Assembly: GCF_006345805.1 (NCBI RefSeq) | Contig: NC_042998.1 | Span: 143,778,001 to 143,842,000 of the forward strand | Direction of reading: 5' to 3' | Length of the DNA: 64,000 nt | Origin: Octopus sinensis | Lineage: Eukaryota | Part shown: positions 1 to 11,060 of the stretch, one piece after another | Layout of the letters: every line of letters starts with the position of its first letter | Numbering within the stretch: the first letter of the stretch is position 1 | Notes under the pieces: generated by a model | Told to the model about the DNA's origin: nothing | The model's database searches: none | Seen by the model: only the letters and a program-made list of their open reading frames with translations | Made by a program: the position numbers and the translations under genes

Positions 1-843
1 AAGTTTCAGGTGTGGAAGCAGGGTCTAGAAACAAAGGGCCTTAGATTCAGTCTAGCAAACACCAAAGTCTTAATAAGTAGGAAGGCAGACATACCACAAA
101 TTCCTTCAGGTAGATGGCCCTGCACAATCTGCAGAAAACAGCTTCATCACATTCCAGGGGGGAAAACTACAAGTAGTTGCTAGCTTCAGTTGCAGGAGCG
201 GATGCTCTGAGAGTGTAGCTGCATGACCTTCGAACATTGGGTCTCACCGAGGCAATGACAAGTGACCAAGACCTTTGGAGATATGCTGTGCTTGAGAAGA
301 CCTGGCACGCTAAGTGAGACTGTAACCGTGGCCTATGCCAGTGCAGCATAACCAGCACATTTAAGAGTACCCTTCAATCATTGGGCAATAAACTGCACTT
401 GCAAAGACCTGTTGAAGCAAGTGAAGTCATTATCATAGCCAATGAAAGTACCACCTGTGCTGGTGGCACGTAAAGAAGCACCATTCAAGTGTAGCCGATG
501 CCAGTGCCGCCTGACTGGTCCTGTGCCGGTAGCATGTAAAAAGCACCATTTCAGCGTGATCGTTACCAGTGTTGCCTGACTGGTTCCCATGCCAGCGGCA
601 CGTAAAAAGCACCATTCGAGCATGGTCGATGCCAGTCCTGCCTCACTGGCCTGCATGCCAGTAGCACATAAAAAGCACCCACTACCCTCGCAGAGTGGTT
701 GGCATTAGGAAGGGTATCCAGCTGTAGAAACTTTGCCAGATCGGATTGGAGTCTGGTGTAGCCTTTTGGCTTTCCAGCCCTCAGTCAACCTGTCCAACCC
801 ATGCCAGCATGGAAAGCGGATGTTAAACGATGATGATGATGAT
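1..843 (+). mobile_element. RTE-clade LINE 3' remnant, internally deleted, with 3' UTR and (GAT)n tail
   Basis: Frame 1 from base 1 reads KFQVWKQGLETKGLRFSLANTKVLISRK...GRWPCTICRK, an RTE RT C-terminal motif. This is followed by DLRTLGLTEAMTSDQDLWRYAVLEK-like sequence and a tail ending CATGGAAAGCGGATGTTAAACGATGATGAT. Confidence 0.8.
456..690 (+). repeat. About 3.5 tandem copies of a 66-bp unit in the RTE 3' UTR
   Basis: Units start at 456, 522, 588 and 654. Each carries GTAAAAAGCACCA-like sequence, and the first three carry CCAGT...ACTGG. Confidence 0.85.
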
Positions 844-936
844 TTGTATGTGTACATGTATATATTTTCAAAATGTATCCACATGTGAATCGTTGGCAAT
901 TTTCTTCCTCCATCTTCCTTTCTATTGGACTTTCTT

Positions 937-971
937 GTTTCTGAAGAAGAGTGTTGCTCGAAACATTAAAC
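937..971 (+). ncRNA. Minimal type I hammerhead-ribozyme motif (Penelope-type), probably decayed
   Basis: GUUU-CUGAAGA-A-GAGU(GUU)GCUC-GAAAC-AUU-AAAC. Stem I is GUUU:AAAC and stem II is GAGU:GCUC. The triplet AUU is consistent with CpG decay of GUU. Confidence 0.6.
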
Positions 972-1204
972 CATCTTTCTTTCCTTTTTAATTTAATTCT
1001 ATGTCTTTATGCAACTGAGGACAGCTCTGCATTTAAATTGATGGAATGATTGCATTGTTCAATTAAATGGAGTTGCTTGAAATGATCATACTGCATTACC
1101 TCTGGATATCCTTGTTGCTTATTTTGATTTTACTCTCCTTATTTTGAAATTGTATGAACCGTACTAAATTCTGGTACCTAATCATCTGAATCTAAATGTT
1201 TGCA

Positions 1205-1414
1205 TATTTATATATATATAATATATATATATCTATATATATATATATATATATATATCTATATATTATATTATAATATATATATATATATATAATTATA
1301 TATACATATATATATATATATATGTATGTATACATATATTATATATATATATGTATGTATCATATATAAATATATATATATATATGTATGTATATCATAT
1401 ATATATAATGTATG

Positions 1415-1451
<37 letters not shown>

Positions 1452-1596
1452 ATCTATTGTATATGTATGCCGTATATCTATATATATGTATGTATACATG
1501 TATATATATATATATTATATATATAATATATATATAGTATGTAATATTTATATATATATATATATGTAAGATATATATGTCTAGATATATATGTAT

Positions 1597-1656
<60 letters not shown>

Positions 1657-1887
1657 TGTAAGATCTATATGTATGAGTATACATACCATATATATGTATG
1701 CATATATCCATATATATTTATGCATACATATATATATAATGTATTATGTGTATACATATTATATATGTGGTATGTGTATACATATACATATGTGTGTATG
1801 TGTATACATATACATATGTGTGTATGTATACATATGTGTGTGTATGTGAATGCATATATAATGTATGTGGTGTGTGTTGTATGTATG

Positions 1888-1947
<60 letters not shown>

Positions 1948-1975
1948 CACATACAACACTTATAAATATATATAT
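1205..1975. repeat. (TA)n/(TG)n compound microsatellite
   Basis: Visible directly. It generates the IY-rich spurious ORFs. Confidence 0.95.
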
Positions 1976-2219
1976 TGTGGCACTCTGTCAGTTACAACAA
2001 TGAGAGTCCCACACATATACATATATATGAGAGGTTACTTACACACACATATACAATTTTTGTCTACCAAATCTACTCACAAGGCTTTAGTTCGCCCAAG
2101 AAACTTGCCTAAAGTGCCATGCAATGGAACTAAACCTGGAACCATGTGTTTAGGAAGCAAACTGCTTACCATACAGTCACAAACCATGGCTGCATGGAAA
2201 GCAGATATAAAAATTACAG

Positions 2220-2455
2220 CCTGCAAGAGAAATGTTAACAAGAAGCTTGTCAATCATTTCAGCATGAAGGTTGTGTCTCATTAGGGTTCAGTCCTCCAAG
2301 CCATAACAGAACAGTTTAAGATCAGTTGAGCACAGGAATTCCTATATGCTGATGAATCAGTTCATATGGCCGAATCTTTTGAAGAGTTAGAGAAGGAATT
2401 CCAGGCATTAAAGAAAAAAACTAGAATCAAAGGTTATAAAGTAAACTTCACAAAG
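2220..2455 (+). pseudogene. Decayed RTE reverse-transcriptase fragment
   Basis: FSMKVVSH*GSVL...LQAITEQFK...FLYADE..MAESFEELEKEF resembles the RTE QGSVLSP/LLYADD region. Confidence 0.7.
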
Positions 2456-3030
2456 GTATGTTGTGCAACAAAATGGTTTTGGGTTCAATCCCACTGCACA
2501 ACAGCTTGGGCAGGTGTTCTCTGCAATGATCCTGGACTAACCAATACCTTGTGAGTGATGTTGGTAGATGGAAACTGTGTGGAAAATTGTCATGTGTGTG
2601 AGAGAGAGAGAGAGAGACAGACAGAGTCTTTGCGCCTCTGTTTGCCACCCCATCAGTGCTTGACTACCTGTGTTGGTATGTCGTCATTACTCAGACATTG
2701 TGATGGGAGAGAGAAACTAAGGCAGCTATATGCTGGAAAGAGAAGTACAGAAAGAGAGAAAGACAGTGTGTGTGATGGAGATTCATAGAAATGCTTGGTG
2801 GTAAGAGAGTGTTCACCACTGCTTTGTCTCACTCTTTCTTCCTGTTTTTGTTGTACCTGTATTTCAAAGGGCCAGCCTGGTCACACTCTGTAATCATGCT
2901 GAATCTCCCCCAGAACTACGTTAAGGGTACATGTGTTTTGGAAAGCTCAGCTACTTGCACATTAATTTCATGAGCAGGCTGTTCAATTGATCGGATCAAC
3001 TGGAACCCTTGTCGTCAAAACCAACAGAGT
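2455..3030 (+). mobile_element. Decayed SINE fragments (two families adjacent)
   Basis: GGGTTCAATCCCACTGC...CCTTGTGAGTGA matches the SINE at 3902. CTGTATTTCAAAGGGCCAGCC...GGATCAACTGGAACCC matches the SINE at 53555. Confidence 0.7.
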
Positions 3031-3105
3031 GCCACAATAAGATAAATATATATCGAGAGATGCATATACATGTAGATACATATATATATATATATATATA
3101 CTATA

Positions 3106-3140
<35 letters not shown>

Positions 3141-3244
3141 CTGTGTGTGTGTGTGTGTAAACATATGTGTGTATATATATATATATAATATATGTGTGTG
3201 TGTGTGTGTGTATATACACATATATATATTACTGCATCATTCCC

Positions 3245-3625
3245 ACCTTCATTCCAGGGAGAAGAGTTTTAATTCTTTCAGTCTTTCCCAGTTGCTGATA
3301 CGTTGCATCTAGATGGTTTTCTTAGTGTAGCTTCATTGGATTGCTTCAAATTCTACCCTGAGTTTTACATTGTGTGGTGACCATAGTTGGGAGCAGTAGT
3401 TCAAGCAGCAGAGGATGTATGTCCTCCAAAGGACCATCAATGTCTCTTTTCCTCTTGTTTTGAAAGTTTGGAGGATCCATCCTGCTAGCCATCTGCATTT
3501 TATTGGTAATATGCACTTGGAAAGATGCATTATTGCTCATGTCAATGCCCAGGTCACGCACTGATTTTGATTTATAGATTGCAATTCTTCCCAGGCCAGT
3601 GTATCCTGTCCTGCATGTTGTTTAG
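3245..3625 (-). pseudogene. CR1/L2-type LINE RT C-terminal fragment
   Basis: [17 protein letters not shown] and GWILQTFKTR...LNYCSQLWSP...EAIQ lie in two frames. Confidence 0.8.
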
Positions 3626-3681
3626 CTTTGTATGCTGGTAGCATATATGTATTATGTATATATATATATTTATATATATAT

Positions 3682-3733
<52 letters not shown>

Positions 3734-3901
3734 ATATATGTATGTGTATATATATATATATATGTGGTATATATATATAGTATATTATTGTATATATTAT
3801 ATATGTATGTGTATATATATATAGATATATATATGTATGTGTATATATGTGTATATATACACATGTGTATATATATATATATAAATATATATAAAAATAT
3901 A

Positions 3902-4290
3902 GGTGCAGGAGTGACTGTATGGTAAGTAGCTTGCTTACCAACCACATGGTTCCAGGTTCAGTCCCACAGCATGGCACCTTCGGCAAGTGTCTTCTACTAT
4001 ATCCTCCGGCTGACCAAAGCCTTGTGAGTGGATTTGGTAGACGGAAACTGAAAGAAGCCCGTAATGTATATGTATATATGTGTGTGTTTGTCGTCCACAA
4101 CATCGTTTGACAAGCGATGCTGGTGTCTTTACATCCCCGTAACTTAGCGGTTCAGCAAAAAAGGCCGATAGAATAAGTACTAGGCTTTAAAAGAATAAGC
4201 TCTGGGGTCTATTTCCTCAACTAAAAGGGGTTCTCCAGCATGGCCGCAGTCAAATGACTGAAACAAGTAAAAGAGTAAAAGAGTAAAGAG
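3902..4290 (+). mobile_element. Full-length tRNA-derived SINE (most abundant family in window)
   Basis: A/B-box-like head (TGACTGTATGG, GGTTCAGTCCC), internal TA/TG stretch, and tail CAAATGACTGAAACAAGTAAAAGAGTAAAAGAG. More than 20 related pieces occur in the window. It probably belongs to the known octopus SINE families, but I cannot assign which. Confidence 0.85.
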
Positions 4291-4294
4291 TATG

Positions 4295-4351
<57 letters not shown>

Positions 4352-4432
4352 ATATATGTATGTATATGTATGTATGTATATGTATGTATATATATGTATG
4401 TATGTATATATATGTATATGTATGTATGTATA

Positions 4433-4471
<39 letters not shown>

Positions 4472-4494
4472 GTATATGTATATATATATGTATA

Positions 4495-6570
4495 TGACCC
4501 ACGACACTGGACGATACCGGCATGCTCCTGCAGGTGCCGAGGCGCAAGCCGATAGACTTGTTCTTGTTAACTTTTGCCCCTACCACCGCCTCGTTCCTTT
4601 GATAGCATCCTCTTCACTAGGCAGCTGAGCCTCATTGGACACGATGATGGTCATCCGCATAAGCAGAGACCGACTTACTGCATTCAATTTCATTGGGGTG
4701 GGGGGCATCCCAAATTCTCCAACTTCCGCAGTAATTGCTCAAGAGCCAAAACGTACAGAAGCAGAGATGGGGGACACCCTTGATGAACTGAGCGCTTGAT
4801 CGAAAACGGCTCCGACAGGTAGCCGTTTATCTAAACGGTGGATTGGATGCCCATCCCAGCCGCTTTGAAAACTGCCGCCAGGTACTGTTGGAGGACCCTA
4901 TCAAACGCTTTACTTTGGTCTAAATGGACCAGTGCCCCACCTTTGCCAGTTAATTTACCTACCCTGTCTAAGGTGTAGCGTATAAGGTGAGGATTGTCCT
5001 GGATCGACCTGCCTTGAACGGCACATGTCTGCGCCTTCCCTACGAGCTTCTCCACGACACGCGTCAACCTTTTTCTAACACCTTGGCCAAAATCTTTAAT
5101 TCTACATTGAGTAGTTATGGGCCTATAGTTACTTATAATGTCCCCTTGCTCGGGTCCTTCATGGATCAGCGTCACCACTCCCCGACTTACAGAGCTGGGA
5201 ATCCTCCCATTCTGTTGCCAGTTAGTGTAGACACCCACCAGCAGGTCCTCAAACAAGTTCGGCATGCTATGATAAAACTCATAGGGTAGACCATCCAGCT
5301 CAGGCGACTTATCCCCGGCGCACTCGACCAACACCTCTTTGACCTCCGCAGGTGTAATCAGTCCTTCACAGCATTCTGCTTCACGTGCCGAGAGTCGCGA
5401 CCCAGCCGTGAGGAAGTCCTTTAAGGGCTCCCCACGCTCAAGCAAGCCGCCCTGCCCAAACAAGCCGGCGAAATGCTGGTGAAAGGCCTTTTGCATCTTT
5501 TCCTGTTCATAGATCTTATACCATTGTTCATCAGTTAAAGACTTTATAGAGACTTTTTTGCTCCTCTAACACTCTACACGATGTGCCCATGCGGAAACGT
5601 TAATACCTTCTCGACTCACTGCGCGTAGCTTAGCCCTAAGTCTGCAGCCTTCGTGCTTGGCTTTGAGGTGATGGTACAAGACCGTTCTCGCCGCCAGCAC
5701 TCTGTCTGCAGAGCCAGATTCCAAAGTCTCGTCTAATTTTTTAATTAGTTCCCTTTCTATTCTAGATTTATTTAAACTTAGCTGATTGCTAAATCTAATA
5801 GACACTAAACAGATGGCTCTCTTGAGGGCATGCCACCATCATTATCAATGAAGGCGCCACATAATACCCTATGTACTAAATCCTTCATCCGGGCACGGAA
5901 TGCTTGACAAGTCAAAATAGACTTGTTTATCTTCCAGTACCCGGGTCTCTGTCTATGACATTTATCTATATGTACCTCACACGTCACAAATTTGTGATCC
6001 GTGTAAGGCACAATACAAAATTGTGGACAGCTAAAAGTGTCCTTATCTCTTTCTCTAACGAATACCCTATCTATGTAAGATCTGCGAGAGCCGTCGTTTT
6101 TACTCCACGTCCACTGTGGCTCACCCACTCTGTAAAGTCTACTAGATTATAGCTCTCTAGTAGACCTTTGAGGCCAGGATTCCCCTCTCCTATCAGTCGA
6201 GCCAACACTATCCACCCATGCATCGAGGCTAGTGTTAAAGTCTCCAAACAGAACTACCGTTTTTGATGTCTCTAGAAAGTGCTCTAGTCTTTGATAAAAA
6301 CCTGACTGTCTATACTCCTGAGGAGCATAGAAAGCTACCAGCTTGAAGGACTGTTTACTTTCGTGAATCACATCTAGGACGACCAGCCTACCTGTAAGTT
6401 CGAAGTCTTCTTGAGTAGCACCACCACGCCCCCTCCTCCTCGTTGGCTAGGAGGAATAAATTTCTCATAACCGTGACAATGCAAACGTCTATATCCCGTG
6501 ACCTGAGGTCGTCCAGGAGACAACATTGTTTCCATTTCAACACCAGCCCACGCACAACTTTTTTTAATTT
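4495..6570 (-). pseudogene. L1/Tx1-clade LINE ORF2 remnant (EEP endonuclease, linker, RT), frameshifted and 3'-truncated
   Basis: Endonuclease motifs VAFYAP, GDFN, WTW...SYIDR and TDHK are present. RT motifs are SPELDGLPYEFY, NYRPIT, LDQSKAFDRV and QGCP, with YADD at 4650-4661. Confidence 0.9.
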
Positions 6571-7689
6571 TATCTAATTTCAGCTCACAAGCTGTGGCCA
6601 TGCTGGGGCACCGTCGTTTATGCATCCTAACTTAATTGCCATGGTAGAAATAGAGAAATGTCGTCTGGATACCTTCCTTTAAATTCTAAAAATAGACCAG
6701 CGTCCATTTTTGCGTACCTGATGTTTGAGGGCGTTTCCGTTATAAATGCCAGAAAAGGTGTATTTTCCGTCGTGAAAAAGTACAGAAACCTGTCAGTTGG
6801 AGGTTGGCAAGAGAGATTTTCAGAGGTTAACGAGAAAGTACTCTGACTCGTCGTGGCATTTTAAAGGTGAATTTTATGAAAGCTAATTTATTAAAGGTAA
6901 TATATATATGTAGTATATATGTATATAAATATATGAATGAAGTGTTTAATGTTTAAGAATGAAATAAAGAATGTGGAATAATAATGGTCGCTCTCCGTAA
7001 CTGCCTTTAGCTTACGGAGTTCTTGTTTCTATAACTATCGAAAAGCAGCGAGAAAGATAGACATATTGTTGAGAACAAATGATTTCGTTCGAGGTCTGTT
7101 ATCTCCATTCCAGCAACCTAGTGGCCTAGAAGAGGTTAGAAGGGTCAAGTGGCAAAGACATTATTCTGCTTAGTGAAGGCATCTGGGAAATGTATGACTG
7201 CTGTCATTTACAGAAAAAACTATTGTTTTACCATGTGAAAAGCGCTGTTGAAGTGTTAAGTGAAATTTGGCAATCGACCGTCCCATAGGCCTCCCCTTTG
7301 AGAAACACTGATTTAACCTAAATTTGAGACACCAGCAAAAGAAGAAATAACGATAGACTTTTTTCTATTCCAAAGAAAAACGATTTTATTCACACAAATA
7401 TGCAACCGAAGAGTTTAAAGTACCAGGAAAGAAACGTGCCTTTAACCAGTACAAAAACAACAAAAAATGGACGGTGCAGTTATGTACAGGTTGACGGAAG
7501 TAAAGCAGGACAAAAACGGCTTTATCAATTTTTGTAATTTTTTCAAGACTTATACACGTCCTGACACCGTCGGTATCTACATATCAAATTTGCGCGCAAT
7601 CGGATGGAGGATGCCCGATATCCTAGAAGACACACACACACAGACAGAACGGATTTTATATAATAGATACGCATATATATATATATATA

Positions 7690-8076
7690 TAAACTTACTT
7701 GGAGAAGAGAAATAGAGAAATAACGCGTGCGTTCGGTCATATAATACCAATATAATAAATAAATAAAATATATGCATATATACATACATATATGTACATA
7801 CTTACATCTACATGTATATATATACATGCATATATATATATATGAGTACAGGACACCACAAATAAACGTAGAACACAACGAGAAGCGAAAACATAAAATT
7901 AAACGGCCTTTTTTTAACAACGAAAAAACAAGGAAACGGACTTTATTTTAACAACGAAAAAACAGAGTACAGACAAACAATACAAGGAAAATTCCCCTTC
8001 ATCAGCTGCCCCTGGTTCGACTCAATGCGTGTTTCGAAGGTAAGAGCAGAACACGGCCAGGCCGAAGCAGTCCTTC
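7690..8076 (-). mobile_element. Penelope-type terminal-repeat-like element, copy 1, carrying a permuted hammerhead
   Basis: Near-identical to 8516-8977 and related to 19320-19535 and 23500-23765. The U-rich body is interrupted by TA runs. Confidence 0.6.
7994..8055 (-). ncRNA. Candidate non-circularly permuted (C-B-A) hammerhead ribozyme
   Basis: Minus-strand RNA: CGUGUU/CUGCUCUU-AC-CUUC-GAAACACG-14nt-AGGGGCAG-CUGAUGA-A-GGGG. Stem III is 5 bp, stem I is 8 bp (2 G:U) and stem II is 4 bp (2 G:U). Confidence 0.65.
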
Positions 8077-8515
8077 CTGCAAAAGGAATTAAATAAAATT
8101 CTTTTGCAGAGGGGTAAAACAAGTGACAAGAACAGGACGTAAAAGCTATACAAATGAAGAAAAAACAGTACAAAAACAGTACAAATAAAGAATAACAGGA
8201 CAGGGAACCAACAGTAAGGGCTTTTTTTTTAGGCCTAGACGGTGGAAAAATTAGTTAGAACGCATGTGAAAAATCGGCTTGCGAAAGACAGGGAAGTCGA
8301 TGTATGCTTGTTGAAGCACGAAGCTGAAAGAAAGTTTCAGTAGCCCTCTGGTCAACGGCCAGAGAGAGGAGGAGGAGGCGGAGAGAGAGAGAGGGGAAAG
8401 AAACCAGAAAGGGTGAAAAATAAGAAGGAGAGAGACAAGTAGAGAGGAAGACAGACAGGCAGGGAGGAAAGGTCAAGTAAAGAGTAAGAGTGCGCGTCAT
8501 GATTATTCAAATAAA

Positions 8516-8651
8516 AACTTACTTGGAGAAGAGAAATAGAGAAATAACGCGTGCGTTCGGTCATATAATAACAATATAATAAATAAAAAAAATATATGCA
8601 TATATACATACATATATGTACATACTTACATCTACATAGATATATACATGC

Positions 8652-8745
<94 letters not shown>

Positions 8746-8977
8746 TATATATATATTATATATATATTATATATATATATATATATATGAGTACAGGGGA
8801 CCACAAATAAACGTAGAACACAACGAGAAACGAAAACATAAAATCAAACGAGGAAACGGACTTTTTTTTAACAACGCAAAAACAGAGTACAGGACAAACA
8901 ATACAAGGAAAATTTCCCTTCATCAGCTGCTCCTGGTTCGACTCAATGCGTGTTTCGAAGGTAAGGGCAGAACACAT
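8516..8977 (-). mobile_element. Penelope-type terminal-repeat-like element, copy 2 (direct repeat, about 921-bp offset)
   Basis: Same motif and body as 7690-8076. Its 5' end abuts a SINE fragment. Confidence 0.6.
8916..8976 (-). ncRNA. Second copy of the C-B-A hammerhead candidate
   Basis: UGUGUU/CUGCCCUU-AC-CUUC-GAAACACG...AGGAGCAG-CUGAUGA-A-GGG, with one C:A mismatch in stem I. Confidence 0.55.
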
Positions 8978-8984
8978 ATATACG

Positions 8985-9140
8985 ACGGGCTTCTTTAAGT
9001 TTCCGTGACCAAATCCATTCACAAGGCTTTGGTCGACCCGAGGCTATAGTAGAAGACACTAGTCCAAGGTGCCACGCAGTGGAACTGAAGCCAGAACCAT
9101 GTGGTTGGTAAGCAAGCTACTTGCCACACAGCCACGCACT
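8985..9140 (-). mobile_element. SINE 5' half
   Basis: Reverse complement of the head and body of the 3902 family. Confidence 0.8.
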
Positions 9141-9535
9141 TTCTCCCCATTCCTCAGCCTCTTGTACTATCTTATATCTCTCCCCACCCCTACACACTCA
9201 ATAATACTATAAAAAGAGACAAAATTCCTGCAAAAGTTCAATTTGACAACTCCACTAGAGTGGACGAAAGCGCTATATATGTGAACTGTGAACTTTTATG
9301 CTTCTTTTTTCTTCTCTTTCTTCATCTCACTATTCCTTTCCCCCTGTCCTCTATGTTGTCGTTTTCATTAATCGATACCCTTCTCATTTTCCCTATTTGT
9401 CTCCAATGACTTAATATCCCATACTCCAGTGTATCCCCAAAACAGATGTAAGACATTGAATTTTTCCCAATAATAATAATGTATATGACTTGAGATGTTT
9501 GTCTTGCCTTAGCATTTGTTGTCCTCTTTAAGAAT

Positions 9536-9595
<60 letters not shown>

Positions 9596-9634
9596 GTGTG
9601 TGTGTGTGTGTGTGTATAGTGTGTGTGTGTGTGT

Positions 9635-9933
9635 GGAGGTGCAGTGGCCCAGTGGTTAGGGCAGCGGACTCGCGGTCGTAGGATCGCGGTTTCGACTCTC
9701 AGGCCGGGCGTTGTGAGTGTTTATTGAGCGAAAACACCTAAAAGCCCCACGAGGCTCCGGCAGGGGATGGTGATCCCTTCTGTACTCTTTCACCACTCTT
9801 TCTCTCACTCTTTCTTCTGTTGGCCTGCTCGCTTAGCCAGCGGGGTGGCGTCTTTCGAAGGCTAAAACAATGCGAAGCGCATTGTGGCCAGCGATGTGTA
9901 GCAACACCTGATGGTCTGGTCGGTCACGTGATC
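9635..9933 (+). mobile_element. tRNA-derived SINE, second family, CpG-rich (young or unmethylated)
   Basis: A box TGGCCCAGTGG and B-box-like GGTTTCGACTC in a tRNA-like head, followed by a unique body. Confidence 0.75.
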
Positions 9934-9938
9934 TCGTT

Positions 9939-9995
<57 letters not shown>

Positions 9996-10279
9996 CGCAC
10001 ACACACATACATATTTATACACATACACTCATGTCAGTTCACGATCCAAAACAAATTACAGATCCAGCATAAGGATGGTTCTAGGTATGGTATAAGAACA
10101 CAAATGGATTTTAATGATTCGCAACAGCTGTTTCAGCAGCAATTTTTTTTATTGATGAATAAATCGACTACATTGATCGATTCCTCAATAAAGAACTGCT
10201 GCCAAAGTAGCTGTTATGAACCTTTAAGCAGCTTCGTCTCTCTACACTACTGATGTTATCCAAGAGAAAGCCAAAGGCT

Positions 10280-10440
10280 TATACTACTGGGCACCAGTGA
10301 CACTACAATTCATTTCTACAGCTGAGTGAACTGGAGCAATATGAAATAAATTGTCTTCCTTAAGAGATACTATACACAGGCCGGTCCAGGAATCAAATAC
10401 TACCTCTTGAGTGTGAACCCAACACTCTAACCACTGAGCC
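10280..10440 (-). mobile_element. tRNA-derived SINE, third family (head)
   Basis: The reverse complement reads GCATGGCTCAGTGGTTAGAG...TTGATTCCTGGACCGG...TTGCTCCAGTTCACTCAGCTGTAG and matches 53555. Confidence 0.75.
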
Positions 10441-10445
10441 ATGCA

Positions 10446-10507
<62 letters not shown>

Positions 10508-10509
10508 AT

Positions 10510-11060
10510 ATGGGAACGAGAATGGGCCCCAACTATGCGAACCTGTACGTTGGCTATGTTGAGGCTCAAATATTCTCTAGTTTCACTGGTCCCACTCCCG
10601 AACTATATGGCCGTTATATTGACGATTATATCGGTGCCACCTCACTCTCCCGCGAACATCTAGACTCCTTCCTCTCTTTCGTCAAATCTTTCCATTCTGC
10701 CTTCCACTTCTCCTGCACTACCTCTGACACCTCTGTCTCCTTTCTTGACATTTCGGTCAGCATTCATCACTCCACTCTCACCATCTCCATCCACTACAAA
10801 CACACAGACTCACACTCATATCTAAACTTCTCCTCCTCCCACCCCAAACACACCCAGCTTTCCATCCCCTATTCCCAATTCCTCCGTCTACGCAGGCTCT
10901 GTAGTGACAACCATGACCTTGAGACTCAGTCTCAACTCATGGCTCGCCACTTCATCCTACGTGGATATCCCCTCATCACTATCCACACCGCCCTAGCCAG
11001 AGCACGTTCCGTGGACCATGCATCTGCTCTCTCCCCCCGAACCCGCCCTGCAGTCTCCCA
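10510..11060 (+). pseudogene. Penelope-like element reverse-transcriptase fragment (RT C-terminal half and thumb)
   Basis: GTRMGPNYANLYVG, RYIDD, VSFLDI, HYKHTDSHSYL..SSSHP and SIPYSQFLRLRRLCS...RGYP are Penelope-type RT motifs. It starts right after a TA array and has no GIY-YIG domain. Confidence 0.9.

Noticed and set aside
456-690. Regular repeat array as possible CRISPR
   Set aside because: The context is a eukaryotic LINE 3' UTR, the whole 66-bp unit is homologous (no unique spacers), and there are no cas genes.
7467-7715. 82-aa ORF MDGAVMYRLTEVKQDK...
   Set aside because: It has no recognisable domain and runs into simple repeats.
9635-9715. tRNA gene
   Set aside because: The tRNA-like head runs into a SINE body and the acceptor stem does not close.
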